This document shows, piece by piece, positions 38,826-51,240 of a DNA stretch of 64,000 nucleotides. Under the pieces are notes generated by a model. That model searched no databases. It was not told where the DNA came from and saw only the letters and a list, made by a program, of their open reading frames with translations. The DNA comes from Eledone cirrhosa. Its lineage: Eukaryota. The stretch covers positions 68,262,001 to 68,326,000 of the forward strand of contig OZ024746.1 in the NCBI GenBank assembly GCA_964016885.1. Reading direction: 5' to 3'. Made by a program: the position numbers and the translations under genes. Numbering within the stretch: position 1 is the first letter of the stretch; the number at the start of each line of letters is the position of its first letter.

Positions 38826-39413
38826 GGTTAACTAAATATTTACTTTAGACCTATGACTTTTACAAATTGAAATCATAGGAAAATTATAAGTGAAGCTCAG
38901 ATTTACTACAATGAAAACATGATTAAAAAATTGTGGTCTGTTAAGTGTTAGATAACATTAAACTGAGTAAGTATTTCAGGCTATTATTGATTTTTTTGTT
39001 ATTCTATCTCTAAAAAAAAATTACTTTAAAATCATGGTAAGATCCAGCACTCAATGGAGTTGTTTATCATCAGATAGTAGTTAATAGATTCTTTGCTATT
39101 TTTCTGCCATTCACTAATTAGCTTTCCCAAAACACTTTTAGCATATGGCTCATTAAATACCCGGAAAATGGAAATATGATAAAGTGTTATGCTATATGTC
39201 ACATATATATATACACACACATATATATATATATATTATCATTATAAGGATATATATATAGAGAGAGATGTAGAACACTGGAAGGTAATATCCATAGTGA
39301 CAGAGCACTCAGTCCATGGGACGAGTTTGGTAGAAGTAACACAACAGTTAGTTCACCATACTGAGAACAATTGTTTCACCTTAAGCTCAGACTGGTAATC
39401 CATTTTTTTTAGG

Positions 39414-39731
39414 TCAGTTGAAAGTGACCACAGCTTCATAAACTACAGCGGGTGTGTTGCATTGTTGTTGGCGGGGACAAGCTTCAGGCTTTCGACAAGA
39501 GCATCCTGGTGGGGTGCCGCTCTTAGGACTGTTGGCGATGTGGGCCTTCATATTCTTAATGCAGGAGTACCCTAGTTTTACTCCGTGTCTGTTAAAGATG
39601 GAGCGGTATTTGTGACCTATGGGAAAGTGTCTATCTAGGAATGGTAAAAAATGTTTTCCTACATTAGTTTTAACGTTGAGTGAGAAGGGAGGAGAGAACC
39701 AGATAGTTTGTCTATTGTTACAATTTCTTTT
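39414..39731 (-). pseudogene. PLE RT-thumb/linker fragment preceding the GIY-YIG endonuclease (not in the ORF track)
   Basis: Hand translation: KRNCNNRQTIWFSPPFSLNVKTNVGKHFLPFLDRHFPIGHKYRSIFNRHGVKLGYSCIKNMKAHIANSPKSGTPPGCSCRKPEACPRQQQCNTPAVVYEAVVTFN*; WFxPP, IFNR, YSC and CxC..CP..C..VVY motifs. Confidence 0.85.
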
Positions 39732-39732
39732 T

Positions 39733-39785
39733 ACCAGTCCGAGCTGAAGATCCGCTTAAGGTGAAACAATTGTTCTCGGTATGGT
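39733..39785 (+). ncRNA. Type I minimal hammerhead ribozyme
   Basis: acca-gt-ccgag-CTGAAGA-t-cc-gcttaa-gg-t-GAAA-caattg-tt-ctcgg-ta-tggt; palindromic stem III; GUU triplet ending at 39774. Confidence 0.75.
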
Positions 39786-39808
39786 GAACTAACTATATGT
39801 GTTACTAC

Positions 39809-39854
<46 letters not shown>

Positions 39855-40244
39855 GTAGTAACACAACAGTTAGTTCACCAAACCGAGAACAATTGTTTAT
39901 ATATATATATATATATATATATAATCTTATAACAATAACAAAACAACAAATATTGAATATTGGCAATAATATTATTTATTTATTTCATTAGCCACAATGT
40001 AGGAGCAACACAAGGTCAAATTTACATTGAGTAAAAAGAAGAAAAGGACATTACTAAAAAAAAACAAGAAAACAGTAGATATAACAATAACAATAAGGAT
40101 TATAAAGAGAAATAATAACAAAACAAATAACAATAATTGTCTCTTTGCATCAGAAGGAAAAGCCTCATCCAATCTATGACAGCATGGAAAAGAAGACTTA
40201 AAAACAGTGATGATGTTGATCATGATACCTTGTAGGAATATTAA

Positions 40245-40462
40245 CCCTTTAGCACTTAAAGCAGCCATATCCGGCCAGAATTCTCTCACCTCTTTCTGTT
40301 CAAACCGGCTGTAAGCGGCCACTCATACTGACATTAAGGTATTGTTCTCAAAATAAATAATAACATCATCAAAGTCTCATAGATTCCATATTATGTGAGA
40401 TAATTATGTGAGGTAAAGCCTTTACTATGAAAATATAATAGAGTAATGTAAATGCTGAAGGC
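40245..40462. mobile_element. piggyBac-type MITE, family 1
   Basis: TTAA at 40241-40244 and 40463-40466; TIR ccctttagca / tgctgaaggc. Confidence 0.87.
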
Positions 40463-41147
40463 TTAAACTAGCCCCAGTACTTGACTAATATTTTTTTTAT
40501 CCATTCTTGAAGGGTGAATAGCAATGTAAATATTTGCAGGATTTGAGCCGAGAACATTAAAGACCTGTAACTAAATATGACCAGGTTCTTATGTTGTCTG
40601 ATGTTCTAATGTTTCTGTCAACCCATTGTCTAACTGATTCCATTATACAAAATTTGCTGTTTTAAGATGTTCCCATTTAAATTAAAACCATCCATCATAA
40701 TTTTATGTAAGAGCCTTTTTGTTAATTAATAGTGACAAAGTTATTTATTTTGCAAAATCCTTCCAAGTTCCTGATTATATTCAAAATTAATTGAAAGACA
40801 AAGGCAGCATATTTTATTAGAACTATGGTCACAAAATGATTAAATATCCTAGGGAATTCATTTCCATTAATTAAATAATTGAATACATTAACTTCAGTTA
40901 CCAGATGTCTAATTTTAAATTACTTCCTTAGAGAGAATATTACGTCTCCAGACACTTCACATCATGTAAAAAAAAAAAAAAAAACAAACAATCTCCCCAG
41001 ATAACATTAATTATGTCATCATGACTATAAATGATTAAATGTATAAGCAATATTGAGGAGACGTTTAGTTATGACACATTAGCAGGACTGGAAATAACAT
41101 CTGCAAGTTGCTACTGATGTTGTTATTTGACTCATAATTATAACCCA

Positions 41148-41334
41148 GCGGTGGATTGGCAGTATCGGTAGAGGGTCGGACGCCATGCTTTCAGCATAGT
41201 TACGTCCCTTTACGATCTGAGTTCAAATCCCGCCGAGGTTGACTTTGCCTTTCATCCTTACGGGGTCGATAAAATAAAGTACCAGTAATGCACTGGGTAA
41301 TTGCTGGCCTTGTGCCTAAAGTAGAAACAATTAT
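41148..41334 (+). mobile_element. Family A SINE, near-consensus full length
   Basis: A box tggcagtatcggtag, B box gagttcaaatccc, core gactttgcctttcatccttacggggtcgataaaataaagtaccag (resembles the MetaSINE-type core, from memory). Confidence 0.93.
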
Positions 41335-41354
41335 ATCGATATAACAATAAAAGG

Positions 41355-41684
41355 ATAAAAACGCCCTTCAGTCACAAAAACCATGGAATTTGCACCTAGA
41401 AAGTTCCCCCTCAAGGCACAAACCTGGGCAAGGTTGTTTGTGGAAGACCAGCAGTTTCCCATGCATACTAGTCTCCTATTTCCATGCCACTAATGTCGTC
41501 ATAGGGGAAAGACAATACAGTTTGGCACTAGTGATGTTGCAATTCATGGCTACAGCCGAGTAAACTGGAACAGCATGAAATAAAGTGTCTTTCTCAATGT
41601 CATAACACATCACCTGGTCTGGAAATCAAACTCACAACCTCACGATTGTAAGCCCGATGCTCTAACCACTAGGCCATGCACCTT
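41355..41684 (-). mobile_element. tRNA-derived CORE-like SINE, family B (long variant)
   Basis: Reverse complement matches the plus-strand copy at 44080-44415. Confidence 0.8.
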
Positions 41685-43288
41685 CAGTGTATGTGTATAT
41701 GTGCTTGTGATTCTGTGAATGTATGTGCGTTTTTTGTGAATGTATGTCTGTGAGTGTGTATTTTGTGTGTCTGTGTTTGTGTGCTTATATTTATATATTC
41801 ATACATATAAATGTATTCATATGCACATACACATATACACATCAGCATGTTGAAAACAATTCTAGCTTTGCAAATTGCTAGTCTGACACTTGATACAGCT
41901 TTGCAATAAGGAAATACAGGTAAATGAAAATAAAGAGTTGGTTTAGATCTAGCGCATGTACTGTATGGAGGATGGTAGTAATGGTGTAGATAGAGGGGTG
42001 GTAATGACAATAATGATGGATTGTATTTTGAATGTTAATGATTAATTTTCTGCTTATAAATATAATCTGTCTGGATGCTAGGCAATATTTTGGTGGATTG
42101 TTGATAAGCTTAATAATTTTAATCAAGAATTAGTTAAATCAATTGAAACATCATTTTAAAGATAGGAATTCCTATGAGCAGAACTAAAAATATTTCTCAA
42201 GAATCAAATAAAACAAATAAAGAAATTAAAATAAAATATTGTAAAACAATCTTTTCCTGTAAATTCTTTAAATTCAGCTCTGAAATATTCAAAAGTAATT
42301 AGAGCAATTGCTCACATTACAACATTTCTTTGAGAAAGAGAAGAGGCTGAATGTCCATATCAAATTTTGACAGTCTGGTGAAAAAAAAAATCAATGAAAT
42401 TGAAATAGACTTGAAATGAGCTACTTTTGAAAGACTTTCAATGTTTGAAGATAAAATGTTGTTATGCCATTCAACATTAATTAAGTTTTCAATTGAATAA
42501 TCAACATACACTTTACATTTGTTTGATAAAAGTATGTCATATTTCTATTTTTTTATTGTTTTTTTTTTTATTCTTTCACACTGTCCTAAATTAGATTGCA
42601 ATAGGAGTAATTTTTACTACTTATAGATTATATATTTTTGTTTTTTATTCAAATTTTCCAAATGTGACTTTTTCTAATTTTCTAATTTTAAAAAAGATAT
42701 CAATTGTCTCAGAAGAATAAAATCTAATTTTGAAATTATTAAGAATCATGATTATATCATTTAACGTTTGTAGTCATCACCATCATCATCATTAATGTAA
42801 CTACCACCAACATCTTTACTATTATGTATGTATGGATCCGCAACTCTTAGTGGAATCATATGGGTGCAGTAGTTAGTGACATATAGTGTTTCTTGGCATT
42901 TTAAACCTTTGGGAGCCTATTCCCTCTCCAGGTCTGAATATAGACAATTTCTACCAAAGAAGGAGGGTGAGGGATAAAGACTCAACCACTGTACTGGCAT
43001 CATTCTTTTTATCGACCTTGAAAAGATGAAAGGAAAAGTTGACCTCAGTGGGATTTGAACTCAGAGTGCAGAGAGCCAGAATTGATACTAAAAAGCAATA
43101 TATCCAATGTTCTAACAACCCTGTTAATTTTGCAGTTTCATTACTGTTATATACACTTACGGGGTCGATTAAATAAAGTACCAGTAATCTACTGGGTAAT
43201 TGCTGGCCTTGTGCCAAAAGTAGAAACAATTACTGTTATATACACTTAATATTTACTGTAGGTACAGGTATGACTGTTTGGTTAAAAA

Positions 43289-43460
43289 GATGGGGATGGG
43301 AGCTGTAGATGTGGGAGACCTAAAAAGATATGAGATGGGACTTGTTGATGTGGGAGACCTAGAAAAATATGGGACGAGAGCTGTGGATGTGAGATACCTA
43401 GAAAGACATGGGATGGGAGCTGTAGATATTGTAGACCTAGAAAGACATGCGGTGAAGATG
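43289..43460. repeat. 39-bp minisatellite, about x4.5, upstream of an RTE-type tail
   Basis: Unit gggatgggagctgtagatgtgggagacctaaaaagatat; followed by cccatgcaagcattggaaagtggatg and (GAT)n. Confidence 0.88.
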
Positions 43461-44079
43461 GATCTTGGGAAGCTGAACCCATGCAAGCATTGGAAAGTGG
43501 ATGCAAATTGATGATGATGATGATATATACAACGGGTTGTGTACAGTTTGTATTTGCCAAGTTCATTTACAAGACATCAGTGGACCCAACATTATAGTAA
43601 AAGACACTTAACCAAGGTACCACATAATGCACTAGAACCAGAAACGATATGTTTGCAATGCAAACTTCTTAATCACCTCAAGACATCGGTCAGACTGAGG
43701 ATATTGTAGAATAAACGTCTCCAAGGTATCATGCAGAGGAATAAAATCCCAAACCATGTAGTCATAAAATAAACTTCTTAACCACACAGAAATGCAAGTT
43801 AAGATTCAAGCTGACACCGACAGTCAGGTAACTGTAATACTTTAGAACTTTTCAATTGACTAGAATAAATCAAAGTTATAAAATGAGTGATGTCACACTA
43901 AAACAATTTGATGAATCACTGATTGAAATTCTGGGAAAGTTTGATGCATTAATAGAAACTGATAAGAGAATAGATGAGAATGTTACTGTTGCTGAATGTC
44001 AAATAAGAAGAAACCATGTCATGATTTCTACTGATATGATTAATATTGATTATTCAACATTAATTCATGATATTGTTCA

Positions 44080-44415
44080 GGTACATGGCTTAGTGATTAG
44101 AGCATTGTGCTCACAATCATGAGGTTGTGAATTTGATTCCTGTATCAGGCGGTGCATTGTATCCTTGAACCAGACACTTTATTTTACATTGCTATAGTTC
44201 AATCATCTGGAAATAACAAGTTGTGATGTCACTGGTGCCAAACTGTATAGGCTTCTGCCTTTCCCTTGTACAATATTGGTTGTGTTGAGAAGGGAGGGAG
44301 ACTGGTATGAATGGGCAACTGCCAGTCTTCCACAAAAGCATTCTGTCTGGAGCTTGTGTCTCAGAGGTGAAGTTTTTAGGTGTAAGTTCATGGTCAGTCA
44401 TGACTGAAGGAGGTT
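44080..44415 (+). mobile_element. tRNA-derived CORE-like SINE, family B
   Basis: tggcttagtgattagagc (A box), gaatttgattcc (B box), tgtatccttgaaccagacactt (CORE-like); other copies at about 14066-14160, 15210-15390, 36790-37050, 55472-55590 and 61468-61720. Confidence 0.78.
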
Positions 44416-44759
44416 TATGAATTTATGATATTGAAATTAAAGGATAATTTGGGAGATTTTAAAAACTATCATTCTACTCAAATGAAATATCCGGCCATGC
44501 TGTTACCACTACAGATTAAACGAGGGCTCTCAAACTCAAGGATTCATAAGGGCCATTACATCCTGGGGAAGAGGCACAGAGGACCAAAAGTGAGATGAGG
44601 GAGGGGCATAATTTCCTCCATTTATAATGCTAATCTGCAATACAGCTGATAGGCTGCTATTTACTTTTTTCATCAAAATAAATACACATATGACAGTAAG
44701 TGGAATATATGAATTAGTAAAAAATGTAGGGGGACAAATTTTCTATTTCAAATGTTATG

Positions 44760-46021
44760 TTCTAATGTGGGCCATAGAAAAGTAATTTGCAATATATTTG
44801 AGACCCTTGTATTAAGCCATCAGTCATGAAAAAGCTGGGGAAACTAATTAATGAAAGTTTTTTTAAAGTTTTCTTCATGTGTTGCAGAATAATGGGAAAC
44901 TATAAAATAAGTGTAATGAAATAAATTTGTTCAGATTCTTATCTACAAATATTGGTGTTCATTTTATCTCTCTGGCATGAATTATCTTCCTAAATTGGAT
45001 TTAAAGGGATGATGTAATCAAGCAGAAATGTGTTCAGAAGCAAGACAAATTGCTATGAAAAATACACCAATGAGCCTTAACAACCAACACTTTGTTTTAG
45101 GATGTTGAAGATATGTTAATAATTGTTTCTATTTTTGGCAGAAGGCCAACAATTTGAAGGAAAGGAGAATATCTCTATTAAATAAACCCCAGTGTGTTAC
45201 TAGTATTTTATTTTATCGACCTTGTCAGGAAAGGCAAAACTAACCTTGGTAGGATTTGAATTCAGAACGCAAAGGGCTGTAATAGTTACATCAATAATTT
45301 TATTATTTATCAAAATTATGTATATATTGGTGCTAAAACTGTTGAAATTCTACATATCAATATATAAAAAGGTTGGAATTATTATTCATGGTAATCAATT
45401 AATCTAAGTCTATTCTAATGTGGGCCATAGAAAAGTAATTTGCAGCATATTTGAGACCCTTGTATTAAGCCATCAGTCATGAAAAAGCTGAGGAAACTAA
45501 TTAATGAAAGTTTTTTTTTAAATTTCCTCATGCGTGGAATGTAGGGGGTTGCAGAATATTAGGAAACTATAAAATAAGTGTAATGAAATAAATTTGTTCA
45601 GATTCTTATCCAACTACAAATATTGGTGTTCATTTTATCTCTCTGGCATGAATTATCTTCCTAAATTGGATTTAAAGGGATGATATAATCAAGCAGAAAT
45701 GTGTTCAGAATCAAGACTAATTGCTATGAAAAATACACCAATGAGCCTTAAAACAACCAACACTTTGTTTTAGGATGTTAAAGATATATTAATAATTGTT
45801 TTTACTTTTGGCACAAGGCCAGCAATTTGAAGGAAAGGAGAATATCTCTATTAAATAAACCCCAGTGTGTTACTAGTATTTTATTACATCAATAATTTTA
45901 TTATTCATCAAAATGATGTATATATATTGGTGCTAAAACTGTTTAAATTCTACATTTCTATATATGTTGGAAATATAGGTTGGAATTATTATTCATGGTA
46001 ATCAATTAATCTAAGTCTATT
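44760..46021. repeat. Tandem segmental duplication, about 650-bp unit x2 (44760-45414, 45413-46021)
   Basis: Both units start ttctaatgtgggccatagaaaagtaatttgc and end caattaatctaagtctatt; the second unit has a deletion in its embedded SINE. Confidence 0.95.
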
Positions 46022-46989
46022 AGAAATTGATGAGTTGTCTTGTTTAGAATAATGACTAGCTAAAGAGGGAATATCACCAGATAGTCATTTAATAGTAAGA
46101 ATTATGAAAATGTAAAACTACCAAAGAATAAGAAGAAATAAAAATGTATTTCTGGGAGATATATTGATCGTTATTCAGATAGCATACCACCACTTATGTC
46201 ACTTCATAAATATAGAGTCTTATTTTTACAATGTGTCCAAAAACAAAAGATATTATTTGTACATACAAAATTTAGCTTGCTTCTAAAGCCACTGGTCTAG
46301 ATTTATGAAGCCACTCAAAGGTTATTTTAACTACTGATGCAAGTGAAAATGTTTTATCAGAAATACTCCAACAAGATGGTCATCTTATACTATATTTGTC
46401 AAAAGTTTTAACCACATCTGAAACAACATACACAAATATTGACAAGGAAATCTGGAGGATTATATAGGCTACTTGAAGAGCATGACATTTTCTGCTTAGC
46501 TGAAAATCTAAATTGATCTCAGGTAATAGGCTTCTAGTATTTATTTTCAGCAAAATTTATAGTTTACTAAAAATACCGTGCCTTACAAATGATAAGGTTT
46601 GATAATGAAATATCTTGCATAAAGGGGTTTGAAATGCTACATGTTGATACATTATCAAAGGAGGAATTTATTAATAATGTTGGTTTGGACGACCGTGGGT
46701 GTAGCAATGGTGATGGTGATGGTGGTGGTGGTGTGAGTCATGGTGGTGAAGATGACATAAAATGAAATTGATATATAATGAGAAAATATAATGAGAAAAT
46801 ATAAAATTGGAGACTACCAATGATAATATTTTATCTGGTATATCAAAATGGGTTTTAATGATAATTTGAAAATTAGATAACATTTAATATATTGTGTGAT
46901 GGAAAATTATTTGTTCCACCAACTTTGATGATAAAAACTGAGCATGATAATATACAATGTTAGCCTACACCAACAAAGAATTTGTTTAA

Positions 46990-47201
46990 CCTTTTAACAT
47001 TTAATACAGCCATATCTGGCCAGAATTCTCTCGCCTCTTTCTGGCCATAACTGACCACTCATACTAACGTTAAGGTATTGTTTTCAAAATAAATAACATC
47101 AAAATCTCATAGATTCAATATTATGTGAGATAATTATGTAAGATCAAACCTTTACCACAAAAATACAATAGTAAATATAGAGTAATGTAAATGCTGAAGG
47201 G
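46990..47201. mobile_element. piggyBac-type MITE, family 1
   Basis: TTAA at 46986-46989 and 47202-47205; same body as 40245-40462. Confidence 0.87.
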
Positions 47202-47288
47202 TTAAATTAGAAGCCTGATAGCCAGGCTACCATGGAAGGTGTGAAACAGTATGGATATCTGACATATTTCCAGGAGATATGATACCAC

Positions 47289-47951
47289 AATGTTTTTAGA
47301 ATACAATTTCTGGAAAATGCACTTTTAAATATGTGCCAAACTTTTCTGCCTCTTTATTACTTGCACTTATTACTTCTGGTCACAACATATACTTTGACAT
47401 GTGTTAAAAACAAACTTAAATTCCAGGCATGTGTGCTTACCCATAATCATGACTAAAATGACTATCAGTCCAATGTCAGAGACATTCAGAAACTATACAG
47501 AGCACATATAGTTTCAAGAAATTAAAGCATAGATATGCTGGCATGTAAAATGCATACATTACTCAAAAATAGAAACAATAATTGTTTCTATTTTTGGCAC
47601 AAGGCCAGCAAGTACCCAGTACATTACTGGTACTATATATTATCGACCCCGTCGATAAAATAAAGTACCAGTATAGAGTAATGTATGCATTTTACATGCC
47701 AGCATATCTATGCTTTAATTTCTTGAAACTATATGTGCTCTGTATAGTTTCTGACTGTCTCTGACATTGGACTGATAGTCATTTTAGTCATGATTATGTG
47801 TAAGCACACATGCCTGGAATTTAAGTTTGTTTTTAATACATGTCAAAGTATATGTTGTGACCAGAAGTAATAAGTGCAAGTAATAAAGAGGCAGAAAAGT
47901 TTGGCACATATTTAGAAGTGCATTTTCCAGAAATTGTATTCTAAAAATATT
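47289..47951. repeat. Inverted duplication with 276-bp arms (47289-47564 / 47676-47951) and a SINE-derived spacer
   Basis: Arms are reverse complements with about five substitutions counted by eye and no net indel. Confidence 0.96.
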
Positions 47952-47989
47952 ATTATCATAATATACCTGTATATTTCAACTAATTTATT

Positions 47990-48395
47990 TAGGCCAGGCT
48001 CCAACCAAGGCCAGGACAACAAAGTCCCTATTCCGCATTTCTTTATCCACCATTGCCATATTCAGTTCTTGGACAGACTCCAGGCAATTATACATGCTTC
48101 AGGTTGTCAGTGTATGTAACACTATATCCACTATGCCTCCTTATGCTGTGGCTGTCACAGAACCAGCTCTGATGCTTCCTCTTCAAGATGTTGTACACAA
48201 TGTCCTGATAGACAAAGTCAATGTTCTCTGATCTCACTTTTGAAAGGTTCCCATACAGGTATTTATTTGTCATGTACTGCAACCAGTTCACATCAAGGCT
48301 ACAAATAACAGCCTTATAGTCATGGACTATAAAACAGTTTAAGAAGATGAGGTAGAATTCAATACCTTGGAGAGATAAAGCTGAAAACTTCATCA
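47990..48395 (-). mobile_element. Degraded RTE-like LINE 3' fragment
   Basis: MTNKYLYGNLSKV...LSGHCVQHLEEEASELVL...TYTDNLK, same architecture as RRLRLAGHAHRHPE...TYVDALR at 57727. Confidence 0.7.
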
Positions 48396-48417
48396 GCATG
48401 GATAAATATAAAATAAT

Positions 48418-48604
48418 TGTTTCTACTTTTTGGCACAAGGCCAACAATTATCCCAGTGTATTACTGGTACTTTGTTTTATCGACCCCGTAAGGATTAAAG
48501 GCAAAGTTAACCTCGGCGGGATTTGAACTCAGACTGTAAAGGGACGTAACTATGCTAGAAAGCATGGCGTCCAACCCTCTACCGATACTGCCAATTCACC
48601 GCCC
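48418..48604 (-). mobile_element. Family A SINE, full length
   Basis: Consensus body flanked by tataaaa(a)taat-like direct repeats. Confidence 0.92.
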
Positions 48605-49687
48605 TATAAAAAATAATGCAGCTTAATAAGATTGCATGTAAACCTTTGAAAACAGCCCCATATCATTCAGATTCAAATGGAATTAAAGGAAGAATGGCCA
48701 AATTGTTGAAATACATTTAGAAGCATACCCAATAAGTAAATGTTCTATTAATGTACATTTGAGTCACATGCTTTTGAATCATCAAACAATTCATCAATAA
48801 AGAATTTTTGTTAGTTTATCTGTTTTGATAAGCATACAAATTTATTCACCATTAGCAATGTCTTATGAAACTGAAGCTCCAGTTTAATATTATTCCAGAA
48901 GAGATAATGAACTACTATAAGTTAAACTTCTATGTCAAGCAGGTAATAATACAATTGTGATTTTTAAAGGTAGACAGGTTATATAAGCCCTTAGCTAAAA
49001 CAGATCAAGTAAATAATGACAGAAATATTCAGAGTGAACAAAAGGCTGAATTACTCCCTCAGTCTTTGAATCTTATTCAAGATTGATTTAACAAAGATTG
49101 TGATATGACAAGTGATATAAGAACAAATAATGCAAATGATGTTAGACAGAATTCACAAATAACAAAACGATTTAAACTAATCCATTTCCAATTAATTTCC
49201 AGGAGATATGATATCACTGTTATGCTAATATCATCAGAATATTGTTTGCATTTTTTACATGCTTACACATGATCACAACTATTTAAAGAGGCTACCAGTT
49301 CAATATCAGAGAGTGTGGTTATTTAGTAGAATAAAGCTTCTAGACATAAAGGATTGTGTGAAGCTATGGCTTTACTTGAATGAATTCAGTAAGAGAGGAT
49401 ATGATCTTATTTATGAGAAAAATAATAATAAGGCTCAATCATTTTATGCCAAATTTAATGCATCAAAATAGAGAAATAGTATGGCAGGTCTATTAATTAG
49501 AGTCTGATAAAAAAGAAGTAAATCTACCTATTTCCCATTATCATTCAATTGGATTGGATTAATTTGTTAATTTAAAGTGTATTGGATCAACACTTAAATT
49601 AAGCAAATTAATATGATCCAAAGTCAATCATAAAAGTTGAAGGCACTATCACACTGAATTGAAATTGACTGCAAATCATTTACTTAA

Positions 49688-50153
49688 CCCTTTCATGGCA
49701 GTATGTCTAAATTAATGACACTATTTCATCACCATCATCACCATTTAATGTCAATTTTCCAAAGTAGCATGGGTTAGATTAGTTGTCCTGTTGTGAGACA
49801 AGTCAGATCAGGTGACAATGTCTTGTTAATACAAAACTGTTTCTGGCTTGATTTCTACAGCTGGATGCCCTTCCTAATGCCAACCCCATTTACAGTGTGA
49901 ACTGGGTGCTTTTTATCATGGCACCAAAATGACCAGCTGACAGATTGGACTGATGCTTTCACATTGTGTCAATTAATTAATAAAGAATGTTGTGGTATTT
50001 ACTAGAATCATTAATTATTTGCTCTGATAGTAACTTAACATATGGTTCTTATATAAAATTATGTTGATTTTTATCTAAATAAGAACCCTTTAAATTGGGT
50101 GGTGTTTTTTGAGAGAACCAAAGCCAGTTATGGCTGATTTAGTATCAATAGGG
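49688..50153. mobile_element. piggyBac-type MITE, family 2, interrupted by a nested RTE-tailed SINE (about 49727-49930)
   Basis: TTAA|ccctttc ... caataggg|TTAA; insert carries ttctacagctggatgcccttcctaatgccaac and a (CAT)n tail. Confidence 0.72.
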
Positions 50154-50188
50154 TTAAAGAAACATTCTGATTATTTTATCAATCTTAA

Positions 50189-50404
50189 TCCTTTAGCATT
50201 CACTCTATATTTACTATTGTATTTTCACAGTAAAGGCTTTACCTCACATAATTATCTTAAATAATATCGAATCTATGAGATTTTGATATTATTTATTTTG
50301 AGAATAATACCTTAATGTTGGTATGAGTAATTGGTTACAGTTGGCTTGAACAGAAAGAGGTGAGTGGATTCTGGCTGGATATGGCCAGTTTAAATGTTAA
50401 AGAG
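50189..50404. mobile_element. piggyBac-type MITE, family 1
   Basis: TTAA at 50185-50188 and 50405-50408; reverse orientation of the 40245 copy. Confidence 0.83.
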
Positions 50405-51030
50405 TTAAACATCAACAAATGGAAAGCAAAATAGTACTACAGTAATAAATTATTTAGCATAGGGTCCTTTAAAATACAGGAACCATAGAATATGCTACTC
50501 TTCTCTTCCTAACGTATTAAACTGGCACTGGGTGTAATTTAAAGGAAGTTTGCCTGGAACACTGACCTTAACATAAATATCAACAGCAGCAGTGAGTCTC
50601 CAGTTATTGATTACATACTTTTACCAGTAAGCTATTTCTAAAGTGTTTTATATCAGATTAAACTTTATGAAAATAAATACGACTTTAATATTTTATTCTC
50701 ATACTATTTATTTCCTCTATAAGTATCAAAGTGAGAATGAAATTGGAGTGTTTCTCAAAGGAAACTGACAGATCTATATCAAATAAGATAGAAAAACATT
50801 AAAAAATATTGCTTAAATCAAAGTTTTCCTTGCAAAAACCAATTTATTCTGTGATACTGATATGAAATACCATGTCAAATAAAAAGTAAAAAATATATTA
50901 AACTATAGCCTTGTGAAGTATACTTAGATATTACAAAAATATATGTTGTTATATATGTAAAAATTGTGTAAAAGCAACTTTTCTTAAAGGTGTCTTTTGA
51001 CTACTACTACTACTATTATTATTATTACTA

Positions 51031-51240
51031 TTGGCAGTATCAGTAGAGGGTCAGACACCATGTTTTGCAGCATAGAATTACTGCCCTTTATGATCTGAGT
51101 TCAAATCCTGCCGAGGTTAACTTTGCCTTTCATCCTTACGGGGTCAATAAAATAAACTACCAGTCATGCATTGGGGTCGATTTAATCGACTTTCCCCTCT
51201 CCCAAAATTGCTGGCCTTGTGCCTATATATGAAACCATTA
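51031..51240 (+). mobile_element. Family A SINE, long-tail variant, in (TAC/TAT)n
   Basis: A/B boxes, core, extra ggggtcgatttaatcgactttcccc hairpin segment. Confidence 0.9.

Larger units (their letters stand above)
39271..39812 (-). mobile_element. Penelope-like retroelement (probably Naiad clade), internally deleted, with a 3' pLTR (39271-39399) and an inverted 5' pLTR (39732-39812), in (TA)n
   Basis: Coding fragment between two oppositely oriented copies of the hammerhead-bearing repeat; a third partial pLTR at 39851-39898; (TA)n on all flanks. Confidence 0.85.

Noticed and set aside
39414-39416. TGA in the Naiad-like fragment as a selenocysteine codon
   Set aside because: Not at a conserved Cys position, adjacent to the deletion breakpoint, and no SECIS recognisable.
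41148-41240. tRNA genes suggested by A/B boxes
   Set aside because: These are SINE heads with an inserted segment and no proper cloverleaf; many dispersed copies have TSDs.
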